This document shows positions 39,451 through 51,021 of a stretch of DNA of 64,000 nt, piece after piece (position 1 is the first letter of the stretch; the number at the start of each line of letters is the position of its first letter). A model generated the notes under the pieces. It saw only the letters and a list, made by a program, of their open reading frames with translations. It did no database searches and was not told the origin of the DNA. A program made the position numbers and the translations under genes. Where the stretch lies: the NCBI GenBank assembly GCA_013265495.1, contig MU058584.1, forward strand, positions 6,166,407-6,230,406, given 5' to 3'. The DNA is from Vicugna vicugna (taxonomy: Eukaryota).

Positions 39451-40364
39451 GGGAGGTGACATCACCAAGATGATGCAATAGGTTGTTTCTAACTTTGCTG
39501 TCCTTCCAAAAGGAATGACTAGCATCTCTTCAAGGACAAGACACCACTATGGAAAAGAGTTTGGAGGATCCTTAAAAAATTAAAAATTGAGCTACCATAG
39601 GATTCAGTAATTCCACTTCTGGAGTGTATCCAAAAGAAATGAAAACACTAACATGAAAAGATGTCTGCACCCCCATGTTCACAGCAGCAGCATCTACAAT
39701 AGCCAAGACATGGAAACACCCTAAGTGTCCATCAATGGATAGATGGATAAAGAATTTGTATATATACATGCAATGGAATATTGTTGAGCCAAAAAAATTC
39801 GGGAAATCCTACCATTTGCAACAACATGGTTGGAACTTGAAGGCATGATGCTAAGTACAATAAGTCAGACAGAAAAAAAAAACAAACAAATACTGTTCGA
39901 TCTCACTTATGTGTAAAGTCTTGAAAAAAAAAACCAACCAACCAATCAAACAAACAGAAAACAAAACAAAGCAAAACCAAACCAAACTCATAGAAAAAGA
40001 GATCAGACTTGTGGTTATAAGAGGCAGAGGGTGGAGGGAAGGGGAAATGAAGGAAAATGGTTAAAATGTACAAACTTCCAGTTGTAAGATACATAAGTAC
40101 TAGATATGTAATTACAACAGGAGACTGTAGCTAATACTCCTGAAGGATATATAGGAAAGTGGTCAAGAGGGTAAATCTTGAGTCCTCATCCACAAGGAGA
40201 ATTTTTTTTTCCTTTTATCTTTTTAGTTAATCTATATGAGAAGATGGACATTAGCTGAACCTACTGTGGTAATCATTTCACAATATATGTAAATCAAACC
40301 ATCATGCTGTGTGCCTTAAACTTACACAGTGATGTACATAAACTATCTCTCAGTAAAACTGGAA
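39451..40364 (+). mobile_element. L1 (L1MA9-like 3' end) with a 5'-end-like segment fused to the ORF2 tail; 14-bp TSD
   Basis: 39544 onward is L1 ORF2 end plus 3'UTR (ccactatggaaaagagtttgg...ctcagtaaaactggaaaaa). TSD aaa(a/g)ttctttattt at 39437-39450 and 40365-40378. Confidence 0.9.
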
Positions 40365-42400
40365 AAAGTTCTTTATTTAAGGTTTTATGAATGGAGAGTT
40401 ATACCGTGATTCATAAAGGTTCTGAACACCTTAAGTTTGGACCTATGGGTGTTCACAGAGTTAGCGAGGAAAAGTGGAAGGGAAAGTCAGTACACACCCC
40501 CCCAAACCCCCTTATCCCCCCCCCCCCACATACCCCCCTACCCCACCCACATACCCACATACCTCAGCTTCTCAAACAGGGTAACAGTAAACCAAGGTTC
40601 ACTTATAGAGCTCCCATAACAAATGAGCATATGATGAGCATTTGAGAAAGAAATACACATCCATCAAGGAAATGCTTAAGTTCTTGGGAATCTGGGATGA
40701 GAAGGAGGAAAAAAAATGTCTTACAAATGAAAAGAAATGAGAAAATTACGGAAACTCTCTGTGGTGTATTCTTTGTTAAAAATTGCAACTAGGAGTTTAT
40801 GTCTGCATTTAGACCTCTGAGCTGAGATGCATTCCTCCACACCATGACCTAGAGAAAATGGATCTGTGTGCCCTTTAATCCATGACCACTGTAGATCAAG
40901 TTACCTCTTTGAAAGGACTTTTCTTTCCCTGGCTAACTAAATGAACTGAAATTGATGTACTTAATTGTTTTCTAAATTGCAATTTTTCTCCCCCAGATGT
41001 TTTTTATCAATGTTGAACCCAATGGGCTCTGTCAGTCACATGGGGAGATGAAGTCATGTGGTAGGTAATAAAAGGGAAGGGGTGGGGGAGGGAGGGAAAT
41101 GCCATACAGCATATCGTCTAATTGAAAAATGTGCCATATAAATACTGGACTTGAAACTTCTCCTTCCCCAAGGGCTGCTCACAACAAACAATGCACCTAT
41201 CTTCTGCCCTGGAAAGACTAGACATCTCCCCTTCCTTCATTATTAATTCAGGTCAGTGCAAGAGTTTCCTTCCTTTGCCTTTCTTGGGTGAAGTCACTCT
41301 ACTGGAATTGTGATGTGAGGCAACAAAATTCCAAAGTGAAAGCTAAGCTTAAGTGCAGAAGGTAAGGGCATCAGGACGAGAGGTTGGGGGTTAGGATGAT
41401 GGCGATGAAGGATGGCATTAGACTAAGCTCTAATCTTGTACAGGGGAGAATGAGAACTAGCAACAACATCCAAGGATGTGTCTGAGAAGATAATACAACC
41501 TGTAACGGAGGAGAATTCTGGGGGGAATATGGCACTTGGGAAAGTCAGAAAAATACCAGGTTCAAATACATACCAATGAAAGCTAGAAATGTAAAGTAGT
41601 GTGGAGTGGGAAGGACTGACAAAAGGGGAAGGGTGGATGTGTTTCTCACAGCAGGAAGGAGAGGGCTGCAGGTGTAGGACCCACGTCAGCACTTGAGACA
41701 GGAAGACAAGGAGAGAGCTGATGCTCATGAACAAACCGAAAGACATGAAGGAAAGACCCCTCCCCCAATTCCTCACGGGGGAAAATAGGTAGGAACTGGC
41801 TGCGGTACAAAAGCGTGGGTCTGAGAGATTTTTCTAGTCTTCCACCTATCTTTATGAGCCCTGTACTTTTACCCTGATTGTGTAAAATCAGTCCAGTTTT
41901 TCAGACTCTTTGGGAATAGGAATGTACCAATGAGATGGTAACTAAAGGGTTTTTATTAGCTCGATCAAGAAGACCTCCGTCTTGTATCAGGAAAAAAGCT
42001 TCTTTCCTCTTGTCCTGTTGTCACTGAAGATGGAGGACACCTGGTCATTATAGAAGAAATCCAACAAAGCACTCATTTCATTTTTCACTCGTTTAGTTTA
42101 GCTGTACCTCACATTTGACAAAAACAAACTCCAGGGACTTCTTCAAGTTCTTTGATTGCACTGGAATCTGAATGAACCACCCACTTCTTTGAAATATGAA
42201 GACGATTGCCTAAGGTTTATAATGCTGTGTAATTTGCTTTGTAGTGATATTGGAGTAACTAGATTCAAACTGCGTGAGAGTAAACCATACAAAACACCAA
42301 AGCTTTAGGGGGAAAAAATCACAGTATTTTACGATGTCAATGATAGGGGTTTTGTCTAGGCTCTAAAATTTACCTTAACCTCTCAGTTCTTCTCTGGATT

Positions 42401-42403
<3 letters not shown>

Positions 42404-42440
<37 letters not shown>
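42404..42440. repeat. (ATC)12 trinucleotide microsatellite
   Basis: Read directly from the sequence. Confidence 0.97.
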
Positions 42441-42599
42441 ACATCAATTTTGTCTCATCTTCTTATTCCTCTTTGTCTTTTTCTCCTATTTTCCCCTCTT
42501 TTCCTTCCTTTTATCCCCCCTCCTTCTTTTCCTTATTCTTTTTCTTGCCTCTTTTCCTGCTTTCTCTTTTCAAAAGTTCGTTTGCCTTAGACTTGTACC

Positions 42600-42978
42600 T
42601 CATTTTGCTAAGATGACTGCCACAGCTCCCAGCATCACATTCTCACTTCATTACATTTATGCACAGAAGAAAAATGTTTTCCCTGTGAGATTTTGTATTT
42701 TTTGTTAAAAAAAAAGAAAGAAAATAGTTTTCAGAAGCTTCTCCCACCTCCCACCATAAGACTTTCTCTCATGTTTCATTAGCCAGAGCTGGGTCACATG
42801 CCAACCTCTGATCACTGGCAAAGGGAAAGGATTGGCAAGTGGGGCTGGAGAAGGGGCTAACCTTCTTCAAAAGTATGGAATCTGTTTGCTACCTAAATCT
42901 ATTTGGAGTTTAATTAGCAGGTAAGAGGGGGAGATGGATGCTAGGTAGGTACTGAGGTACTGAAGTATCTGCTACCCT
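42600..42978. mobile_element. Old MLT1-like LTR
   Basis: aagatgactgccacagctcccagcatcaca...tcattagccagagctgggtcacatgccaacctct...agtatctgctac. Confidence 0.65.
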
Positions 42979-43489
42979 ACCTTATCCGTTTCACAGGGAG
43001 CTACGTCCTCCTTAATCTCCTCCGACTGAGAGCAGACCCATACGGAATATTTTGCCTGATGGAAACAACGATGGTGAGGAAACCAGAATCCCACGAAAGA
43101 TTATAGTGGGTTTGACTCCTTTCAAACTTTCAGATATTCTGTTAGTATTCCAATCAAAATAGTAGGAGAACTTTGAGCAGGAAAGTGGAGGAGAATGATT
43201 CAAAATTAAACAGCCAGACAAGCTTTATTTTTTTGAGAGGCTATGGACAAGTGAGGGACAGGTATGTAAGTAAGTAAACATATGTCACTAAAGATGGATG
43301 AAGCTTTACATTTGCCACGGCACATGAGGAAACAGAGCTAATGACAGTCATGACAACAGAGTGAAGCAGTCAGAGGCTTTGGAAAGGCCTGAAAGATTCA
43401 GAAATAGCATTCAGACTTTTTTTTTTTTTTTTTGGTGAACCCAACACAATGTGCCAAGGACCTTAAGGATCATCTAATACCCAAGACAG

Positions 43490-43690
43490 CTAATAATAAA
43501 AATAACGTTACTATACAGTGTTATGTGTCAATCACTGTTCTTAGCACTTCACCCACATGAAGTCATTTAACAGTTGACCCTGCACTATGAGGTAAGGTCA
43601 GCCATCATCCAGCTTTTCCGATGAGGAAACCGTGGCTCAGCCAGGTGAAGCACTTCCCCAAGCTTACACAGCTAGTAAAAGGCAGGCTTG
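43490..43690 (-). mobile_element. MIR SINE
   Basis: gatgaggaaaccgtggctcagccaggtgaagcacttccccaagcttacacagctagtaa. Confidence 0.8.
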
Positions 43691-44743
43691 TGGTGTTTGC
43701 TGTCATTGTTGTTAGTGTCTTACGTTCTTCCAATACATTATTTGTGTGCATCTGTTTTGTGTTCAATGATTGCTTCTTTCAAATAATCACATCAAGAAGC
43801 CTTATAACATCTATTTCCTTAACAGCAGACTCAGGAAAATTTGGATATTTACGCATTTCACTCTTCAACATAAGCACTTTTTGGAAATGATTACTGATTC
43901 CATCAAGGGGCTGTCTCAACCACAATCACACGGTTCAAAGTAAACATTGACTGGGCTAAGGCAATAGAGGCAGGCTGAAATAAACCAAATAGTTCCAAAC
44001 AATTAATCCACATCCTTCATTTGTGTTAGAGCAATAATTTGAATGGCAAGATATTGTGCACTATCCCATAATCTTTAAGACAGTGTAACGGGCTTTTTGA
44101 CATTTAAGGTAATTACACTGAGATTGGGAAAGCAATCGACTTGATTCAGTAGAGGTTTATCCACTGGCTCATTTCTTTTCTATCTCACCATTCTAGAGAT
44201 CACTTTTCAGTTTAGAGTTTACCAGGGACATTGTGATTGCGTCTTCAGTTAGCATGGAGCAGTGCAGCCTGGGAGGAAGGGACAGTTCCTTGGCAGTGTC
44301 TGTGCTTTCAATAGTCATGGCTTCCTCAGCTGTCTTCCTTTGTCCCATTTCACGGCTAATGGGCTTGGATCAGTTTTAGAACCACAGCCCGATATTTTAA
44401 ACCTGGCAGCCATAAGTTTTACCTTTTCATTCACTTGAATCTATCATTTCGTTATACTACTACCAGCTGGAGCATTCACCAATCTAGTTCAAACATTTTG
44501 GGGTGTCTTGTCAAGGAGCTGTTTATTGTGAGAATTCTCCTAATGACTAACAACCTTCCTGTGATTGATGGAGCAGGGCCCATTCCAACAGCTCTTGCTC
44601 CTCCGTGAGCGGCACGTCCAAAGCTGCTGTCCACTAACGGTCCATCTAGCTGCTGCAATACTGTAAAGGCCAGAGACAGAATTTGAACCAGGTATTCTAG
44701 CTCTAGAGTTCATGTTCTTAACCCCTACCCATACTATCTAGAG

Positions 44744-44812
44744 TCTGAATTTCTCGCCACTATATTGGAATACTGAATTCTGAGTTTTTCACCACTATTG
44801 TGGAGTACTGAA
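44744..44812. repeat. Diverged two-copy tandem duplication (period 35 bp)
   Basis: tctgaatttctcgccactatattggaatactgaa versus tctgagtttttcaccactattgtggagtactgaa, 28/34 identical. Confidence 0.85.
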
Positions 44813-47550
44813 GGGTTATAAATTCAAAAGCACAGCCAAATGGGAAGGACACATCAAGACCGTGTTATAGGGTTGAAAAGAATAGGACACACATAGCAAC
44901 GATGAATTGGACCACGTGGGGAAAGAAATGAGGGGCAGTTATGTTTCGAATGGAAACATGTTGGAGGAGGAGAAATTTGTAGAGAAACAATCAGATGTTT
45001 CAGGTTGGCTGCTAACCAACCGAGTTCTTACGTTTCCCACCTGAGAGGAGAGTAGAGTGAGTTGATGGGGGGGGGGGCTGCTGTTCTGGTGGTTCTTTTA
45101 TTCTTTCTTTCTCACCATCTCTCTGGCCTTTCTGATTCACATGAGCCATGACATCACTATAAGGCTGCTCTACCAGAGTAACTTGTCCTGAAGAAGGAGA
45201 AGGTACCCTCTGATATCCCATATACTTACAGTGGGATGGAGGATGGGAAGAGAGGCCTTCGTTTTGGAAGCATTTCTTGTTTAATCAGGGATGTAGCCCT
45301 CAGTGACAACCTCTACCTATCAGATGATAGATGTGGCAGCGGGCCATCCATCCGTGGTCTTAGGACAATACCAGGATACCTTTGAGGCTTAGCTCACAAT
45401 GTAGTAATTTCGTCTGTTTGTCACGTGGCATGGCAGAATGTACTTTCAGAACCTTGTTTTCATGGTCTGGTGGCGAACAGCATTTTGGGGATAATGATTC
45501 AATTATCCTTAATTCACAAAGAAGCAAGTCAGAAAGTATGTTCATATATGCATCTGCCTGAAGGTCAGATAGAAGCATGGAAATCCATGACAGACTTGCA
45601 GGACATCCCAACCTCCATCTGCATGCAGCCTGATAAAACTGTACTTTCATAGAATTAGAGACTTATGGCATTTAAGACATTTTAAACCTTTCTCTTTACA
45701 GATGAGAAAACTGAAGCCAGGAGAGAATAAACAATTTATCAAATTAAACTAGAGATAGCTAGTACTTACTGTAACACGTGCTATTTGACCCAGGATCCAG
45801 TGCTCTTTCCCACACACCCACCTCCTTGGATCAATGATGTTCTCTGGAAATGCGAAGAATGATTATTACTGGGACAAGCAGTGTAGAGAAGGGACTTCAG
45901 AAACTGACTAGGGCGAGGAGGGAGAGCTAACCAGCCTGACTCAGCACTTTGCTTGACTCTGAGGCTGACTGGATGCTAAATTGTAGGAGGCTGCATCCCA
46001 ATGACTGAAATCCTTTTTTGGGGAGAAATCTTCTCACCCACATGAAAGTAAGGAATTCTTCCATATGCACTTAAGTACTACCATTGAGGGAATTCAAAGA
46101 GGTCATTTACCAAATAGCTCCTTTACCCTTCCCACCAAAAATTCATTGCTTAAGTTTACGGGAGTGGTTTTTTGAAAACTGGCTGGCCCAACATTAAGTT
46201 GCATTCTAAACTGAATCACTTGCCTTTCTTCTTACTTCTCCTTTCTCTTTACCACTCTCCAGGATTTTACTTTACTTTTTAAATGAAAAATGGTTCTGTA
46301 AAGGTAATATCGGTTCTTGGTTTTTAAAAAAAGAAAAAAAAGTGAGAAGAAAACTTCCATCTGAATTTTGACCCTTAGGCTTCTAGTTCTGTTTTCTAAA
46401 GACAAATCCTTAAACAAACGTCTTCTGTTTCCTTAGACAATGTCTTTTTAAGTATATGTTAATATATAACAGCTTCTTTTTATACACATGGTAGTATATT
46501 ATTCTCAGAGTATTGTACCCTGCCTTTTTTCACCTAGTGTTTCTTTAAAATTATTCTCTATTATGTGGAGATTTACCTCTTTTATTTTAATTATACTTAA
46601 ACTTTAAGAGGTTGATAAAACAGATCCTATTTCATTCTGTTAGTTCCCTTCTTTCTGGTGCCTGTTGGGAGGCCAAATTCTAGGAGATGAGTTGAACAGA
46701 GATTATATGAACTGGTCCAGGAAGGCCTATGGCATCTAAGGCCCCCAAATTCAGGAGCCCCTCTCCACGTAAGCTTCCTGGGTGACTGTTTTGTAACGAA
46801 ATTAGCTCTGATTCTCAGATGACCTTCCCTATCTGGCTCAGAGAGGGTTAGCAGGGTCCTGGGAAGCCAATTTGCCTCGCCTTTGTCTTCTTGGCTGTTC
46901 TGTCTTTGAAGGAGCATCGCAACGCCACTCTGCGATTTCTTGAGGAGACATTGGGTTTTGCTGGCAGGCAGAGCCCCAGGCTACTCCGTGGAATGTCTTT
47001 GGTTTTGTAGCTTCAGGAGGAGCCAGGAGGCTGCGCTTGCAGGCCAAGGGAAACACGGCTTCAGACTCAAGACCACGACTTGGCGGACACTCTGGGGCCT
47101 GCAGAATTTTGGAGAGGGCTCTCTCCTACCCGTTACTTACCCGAACCACTCTTTCCCGCTAAAGGTTAGAGGAGGATGGAGTGACTGGAGAAATCTGGTT
47201 TAGTCACTAGCACAGAACAACTGCCCGGGTGGAACGGATTCCTGTCTGCCTTTGGTCCAACAGGAAAGGCGGGTGCCTCCTCCCTTAGCTGGGAAGAAAG
47301 GAGAAAGAAGCCAGAGTCAAAATCAGACATCTCAAGTGTCAGTTGTGGACTGTGCTTAGACAAATAATCTCAAGGAGACCCAAATCCCCTGTTCACTGGG
47401 AAAACAGACCGTGCCAGAGCGAAACAGAATTAAATTGTTTCTCTTTCACGGCAGCTGAAGTGTAAAAACCATTCTATTCCGACCTTGTGGTCAGAATATC
47501 CTGACACCTCATAAATTATCTGAAGGGCTCAGGGCTGGGAGTCTGGGGAA

Positions 47551-47645
47551 GGCGGGAAGGCCAGCTCCAGTCCCGCCAGCCCTGCGGCCGCAGCGACAGC
47601 CCCGGCCTCCCGCCCGGCCTTCCTGATCGCAGGCACCGACGACGT
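47551..47645. promoter_or_regulatory. Small orphan CpG-dense element
   Basis: 12 CpGs in about 95 bp in an otherwise CpG-depleted window, with GGCGGGA/TCCCGCC motifs. Confidence 0.5.
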
Positions 47646-50340
47646 GGGGATGTGGAGGAATGCAGTTTCCTCAAAGCCCTTAGTCTTTCTGCGTTGGGAC
47701 AAGGATGCTCCCCTCCTTTCCTGGTTTTAGAGTTTGCATGGCCACAGGGCCTACTTTCCTGAATGGCTTATTTAGAGGCAGGAGAAACACAGTGATAGCT
47801 TCCCCAGGCTGACAGGCCCTGAGCAGTGCTGTCTCGGCAGAAAAAAGAGAAAGGGGAAGGGGGAGAGGAGAGAGTGAGAGAGACACAAACGAGGGAGAGA
47901 CGAAGAAAGAAAATGAATAAAGGAAAAGGAAGGAGGAAAGAGGAAATGTAAGTGAGAGAAAGAAAGTCAGTGGCGGCCTCCCCTCCCCCTCCCCCCACAC
48001 CCATCTGGTTACCAGGAAACAAAGGCCAGCCTGGACCTCTTGCATCTCTCCGCCTCCCGGTGCGCTTCCTTAAGCTCCTACATCCATCTGTGCTCCACAC
48101 ACAGTAGGTGCTCTGTAAATGTTTGCTGAGTGGAAGGAGCCACGGATGAGTCCCCTGAGAGAGGGGAAACAGATCTATTTTGGGAAACCAAAGTCATTTG
48201 GAGCAAACAATATTCCTGTAGCTCAAATCACCATCAGGTTTAAAGACTCTGGGCCGTTGTGGGTGTGTCGGGATGTGTTGTGTGTGGGAGCGTGAGTGGG
48301 TGGTCTGGATGGGTGGGTAATAAGTGACAGGAGGGCCCTTGAAAATATAAAGGCTTCCATAACTACTGTAAAAATAAAACTGGGAACAGCATGCCCAGAC
48401 CTCCAGCCATGCAGTGACCAAGCCTGACCTTGGCAGGGATGAATAATATTGTGGAGATGGATTCAAGAATTATTAGTCAATGTTTTCAGTCCCAATGGGC
48501 TATTTTTTTTTTTTTTAAAGAACTGCTGGGTGGGTTTTTGGCAAGGCAAAAGACTGCAACAGCCTGTCGGATTCCAGAGCCCTTCTCTAAGCTTTTTCTA
48601 GACTCTGCAATATCAATTTTTTTTTAAAATTTCTGGTTCTTTTTCTTTTTTTTTCCCCCCTCTAATGGGATGTCTTTTCTGCTTCCCTCTTTGGACAAAG
48701 AAATGATTTTGGTGCAAGTACACTCCTTCATTGACTCAGCTACATCCATCTGCGTCTAAAAAGAAGGAAACAAACCCAAGATATCTTACACCAAAAGCAT
48801 AGATTTTCTGTCCTTTCTTTAGTAGAAAAATTTTTGTATGCTTTTTTTTTCAGATTGACAGACTTTATTGTTAAATCAAAGAAATTTTTGTGCAAAACCC
48901 ATATACAAAAATCGTTCCGTTTATTTAAAAGCAACGGCACGTCTTGCTGTTTCCTGGCAACCGGAAGTGGAGCAGAAAGATGCAGCCAAACGGGAAAAGA
49001 GACAGAAGAGGCAGGGCTGCAGCTGAGGTCCCCCTCCACCCCACCCCACCGCCGCCCTCCAACCCTCGGTCCAGTACAGCACACCCTGCAGACTCTCCAC
49101 CTGGAAGCCAGAGGCTTAGTAGCTTGTCATCCATGTTTATTGGCAGGTCAAAAAGAACATCAGAAACAGAAGATCCCAGGGAGTAGACAGTTAAAAGCCT
49201 GTTTAGATCAGGCTTCAGAGCAGGTCACAGTACACTACTTTCTGCAGCTGTCCTCGTACCCAGATATATGCTAGTTGGAATGTACATTGTGTGATGGTGA
49301 AGGGAGGCAGGGCCAAAGGAAGCATTTTTGACCCCTTGGCTGGAGATAACCCACCCAGAGAGCACCCCGTAATGTGGGTACCTGACAGGTTCGTGTTATT
49401 GATCTACATCTTCATGCATCTATCTGCTATCACATGGTAGCAAGCTCTCAGATTTAATTTAGATGTTTTTATTAGAGAAATAGCAATGTGTAAGGGTTGG
49501 GAACGGATTTTTAAACCCTGCAGTTATTTGGGGTACCAAGTGTGAAGTCTTAAAAAGAAGGTTTCTCAGATGCTGGAGGTTTGTATGCTACAGGTTTAGA
49601 CAACAAGGAGTACCAGGAAACTACATTTTTTTTTTCTGTACGAGTGCATTGATAGCAACCTTGAAAACTGTCTCCTGATTTTCTTTATATATCTTTTTTG
49701 GGCTTACCTAATCATCCCCCCAACTAATCAGCCTAATTTCTTGATTCCATATGACCATCTCACTCTGGTAATTGTTGTGCACATCTGTATGTATTTATGT
49801 TAATTTTATATATTTTATTTCCCTCCCATTAGACCTTAATCTCTTTGAGGATAAGAATCAGTGTAATCTTTATTCTGTATCCCCAAGTGCCTGGGATTGT
49901 TTTATGCATCCTACGTGTGTAATAATGCAGGACACATGCCACTCTCTGGGAAGCATTCCAATGCTAGGTTGGCTTGTTTTATTAACTTCTTTTCCATCTC
50001 TTTACTAGTCAGTGCATGGTCAAGAAATGCTCTATCAATTCTAGAATTATATAATACGCTTCAAAAACAAGAGTAAATTAACTATATATTTTCCATGGCT
50101 TTGTAGGCAGCAAGATGACATTTAAATTGTAGGTATCTGTTTCTGACCACAAGTAATTATCCAACCTTTAGTAAAGTACACACTTTCTATCCAGTTGCTA
50201 AATATGTTCACATATGGTTCTCTTGAGCTGTTCTCTTTGGTTCTCCTTGGAATATTCTCCTGGGCCATTCACCATTAGCACTTCCTGAAATTTGAGTTGG
50301 GTCCCATAGTCAAGGGAACCACACACTAAACAAATTCATC

Positions 50341-51021
50341 CCGTTTCGGAACGAGGTTCTATGTCCTCCTGTTGCCGGGGGTGACTAGGTTCTTTTCCTG
50401 TTGCAGAAAGAATTCAAAGACGGGACTTGGAGGTTAGGAAAGTAAAGTGGGGATGTATTAAGGGATGGACAGTACACTCTCAAGGGGAGAGCGGGCGGGC
50501 TCAGGTGAGCAGCTGTCCTGAGTTTCTTTGACAAGTTGGTTACATACAGTGTAACAATGAATGGGCAGAATATTCTTTAGGGAAGGAACAGTTTGGGGCT
50601 GTATTCCCTGATTTTTATCCCAACTCCACTTTCCTGAAGGAAGGAGGGAGTTTTGTCCTTATTTAGTCTGGATCAGAAGTGTCCTGATGTCTGTGCCTGA
50701 TGGATGTTTCTAATCTGCAAGGCTAATTTTATTGAAATGAGAGCATAATAAGCAAAAGGTTACATTTGGACACTAGAGAGTCCTGCCTTTTCCCACCTTT
50801 CTTTGTCGGCCTCCAGGCCACTTGTCACCCCAAAATGTGTGACTGCTTAGCCCAGAGGTTCCGGCTTTTCTTTCTCTGCCCAGGGATCCCCTGTTGTTTA
50901 CATGGTGCGGGGTTTCCTTTATTTGGCCTCAGCCCCTCCTTTTTTGCCCAATTCCTGCCATTTGGCCTGCGCTCCCCCTTTCTCTGCTCGTATCTAGCAC
51001 TCTGACTGCTCTACTTTACCA
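50341..51021 (-). mobile_element. ERV1-like solo LTR
   Basis: gaaagaattcaaagacgggac...acagtacactctcaaggggagagcgggcgggctc... resembles the antisense U5/R of ERV1 LTRs and is relatively CpG-rich. Ends are approximate. Confidence 0.65.

Noticed and set aside
39572..40094. Minus-strand ORFs with familiar-looking peptide (FFIHLSIDGHLGCFHVLAIV)
   Set aside because: Antisense translation of L1 sequence, a common spurious database match.
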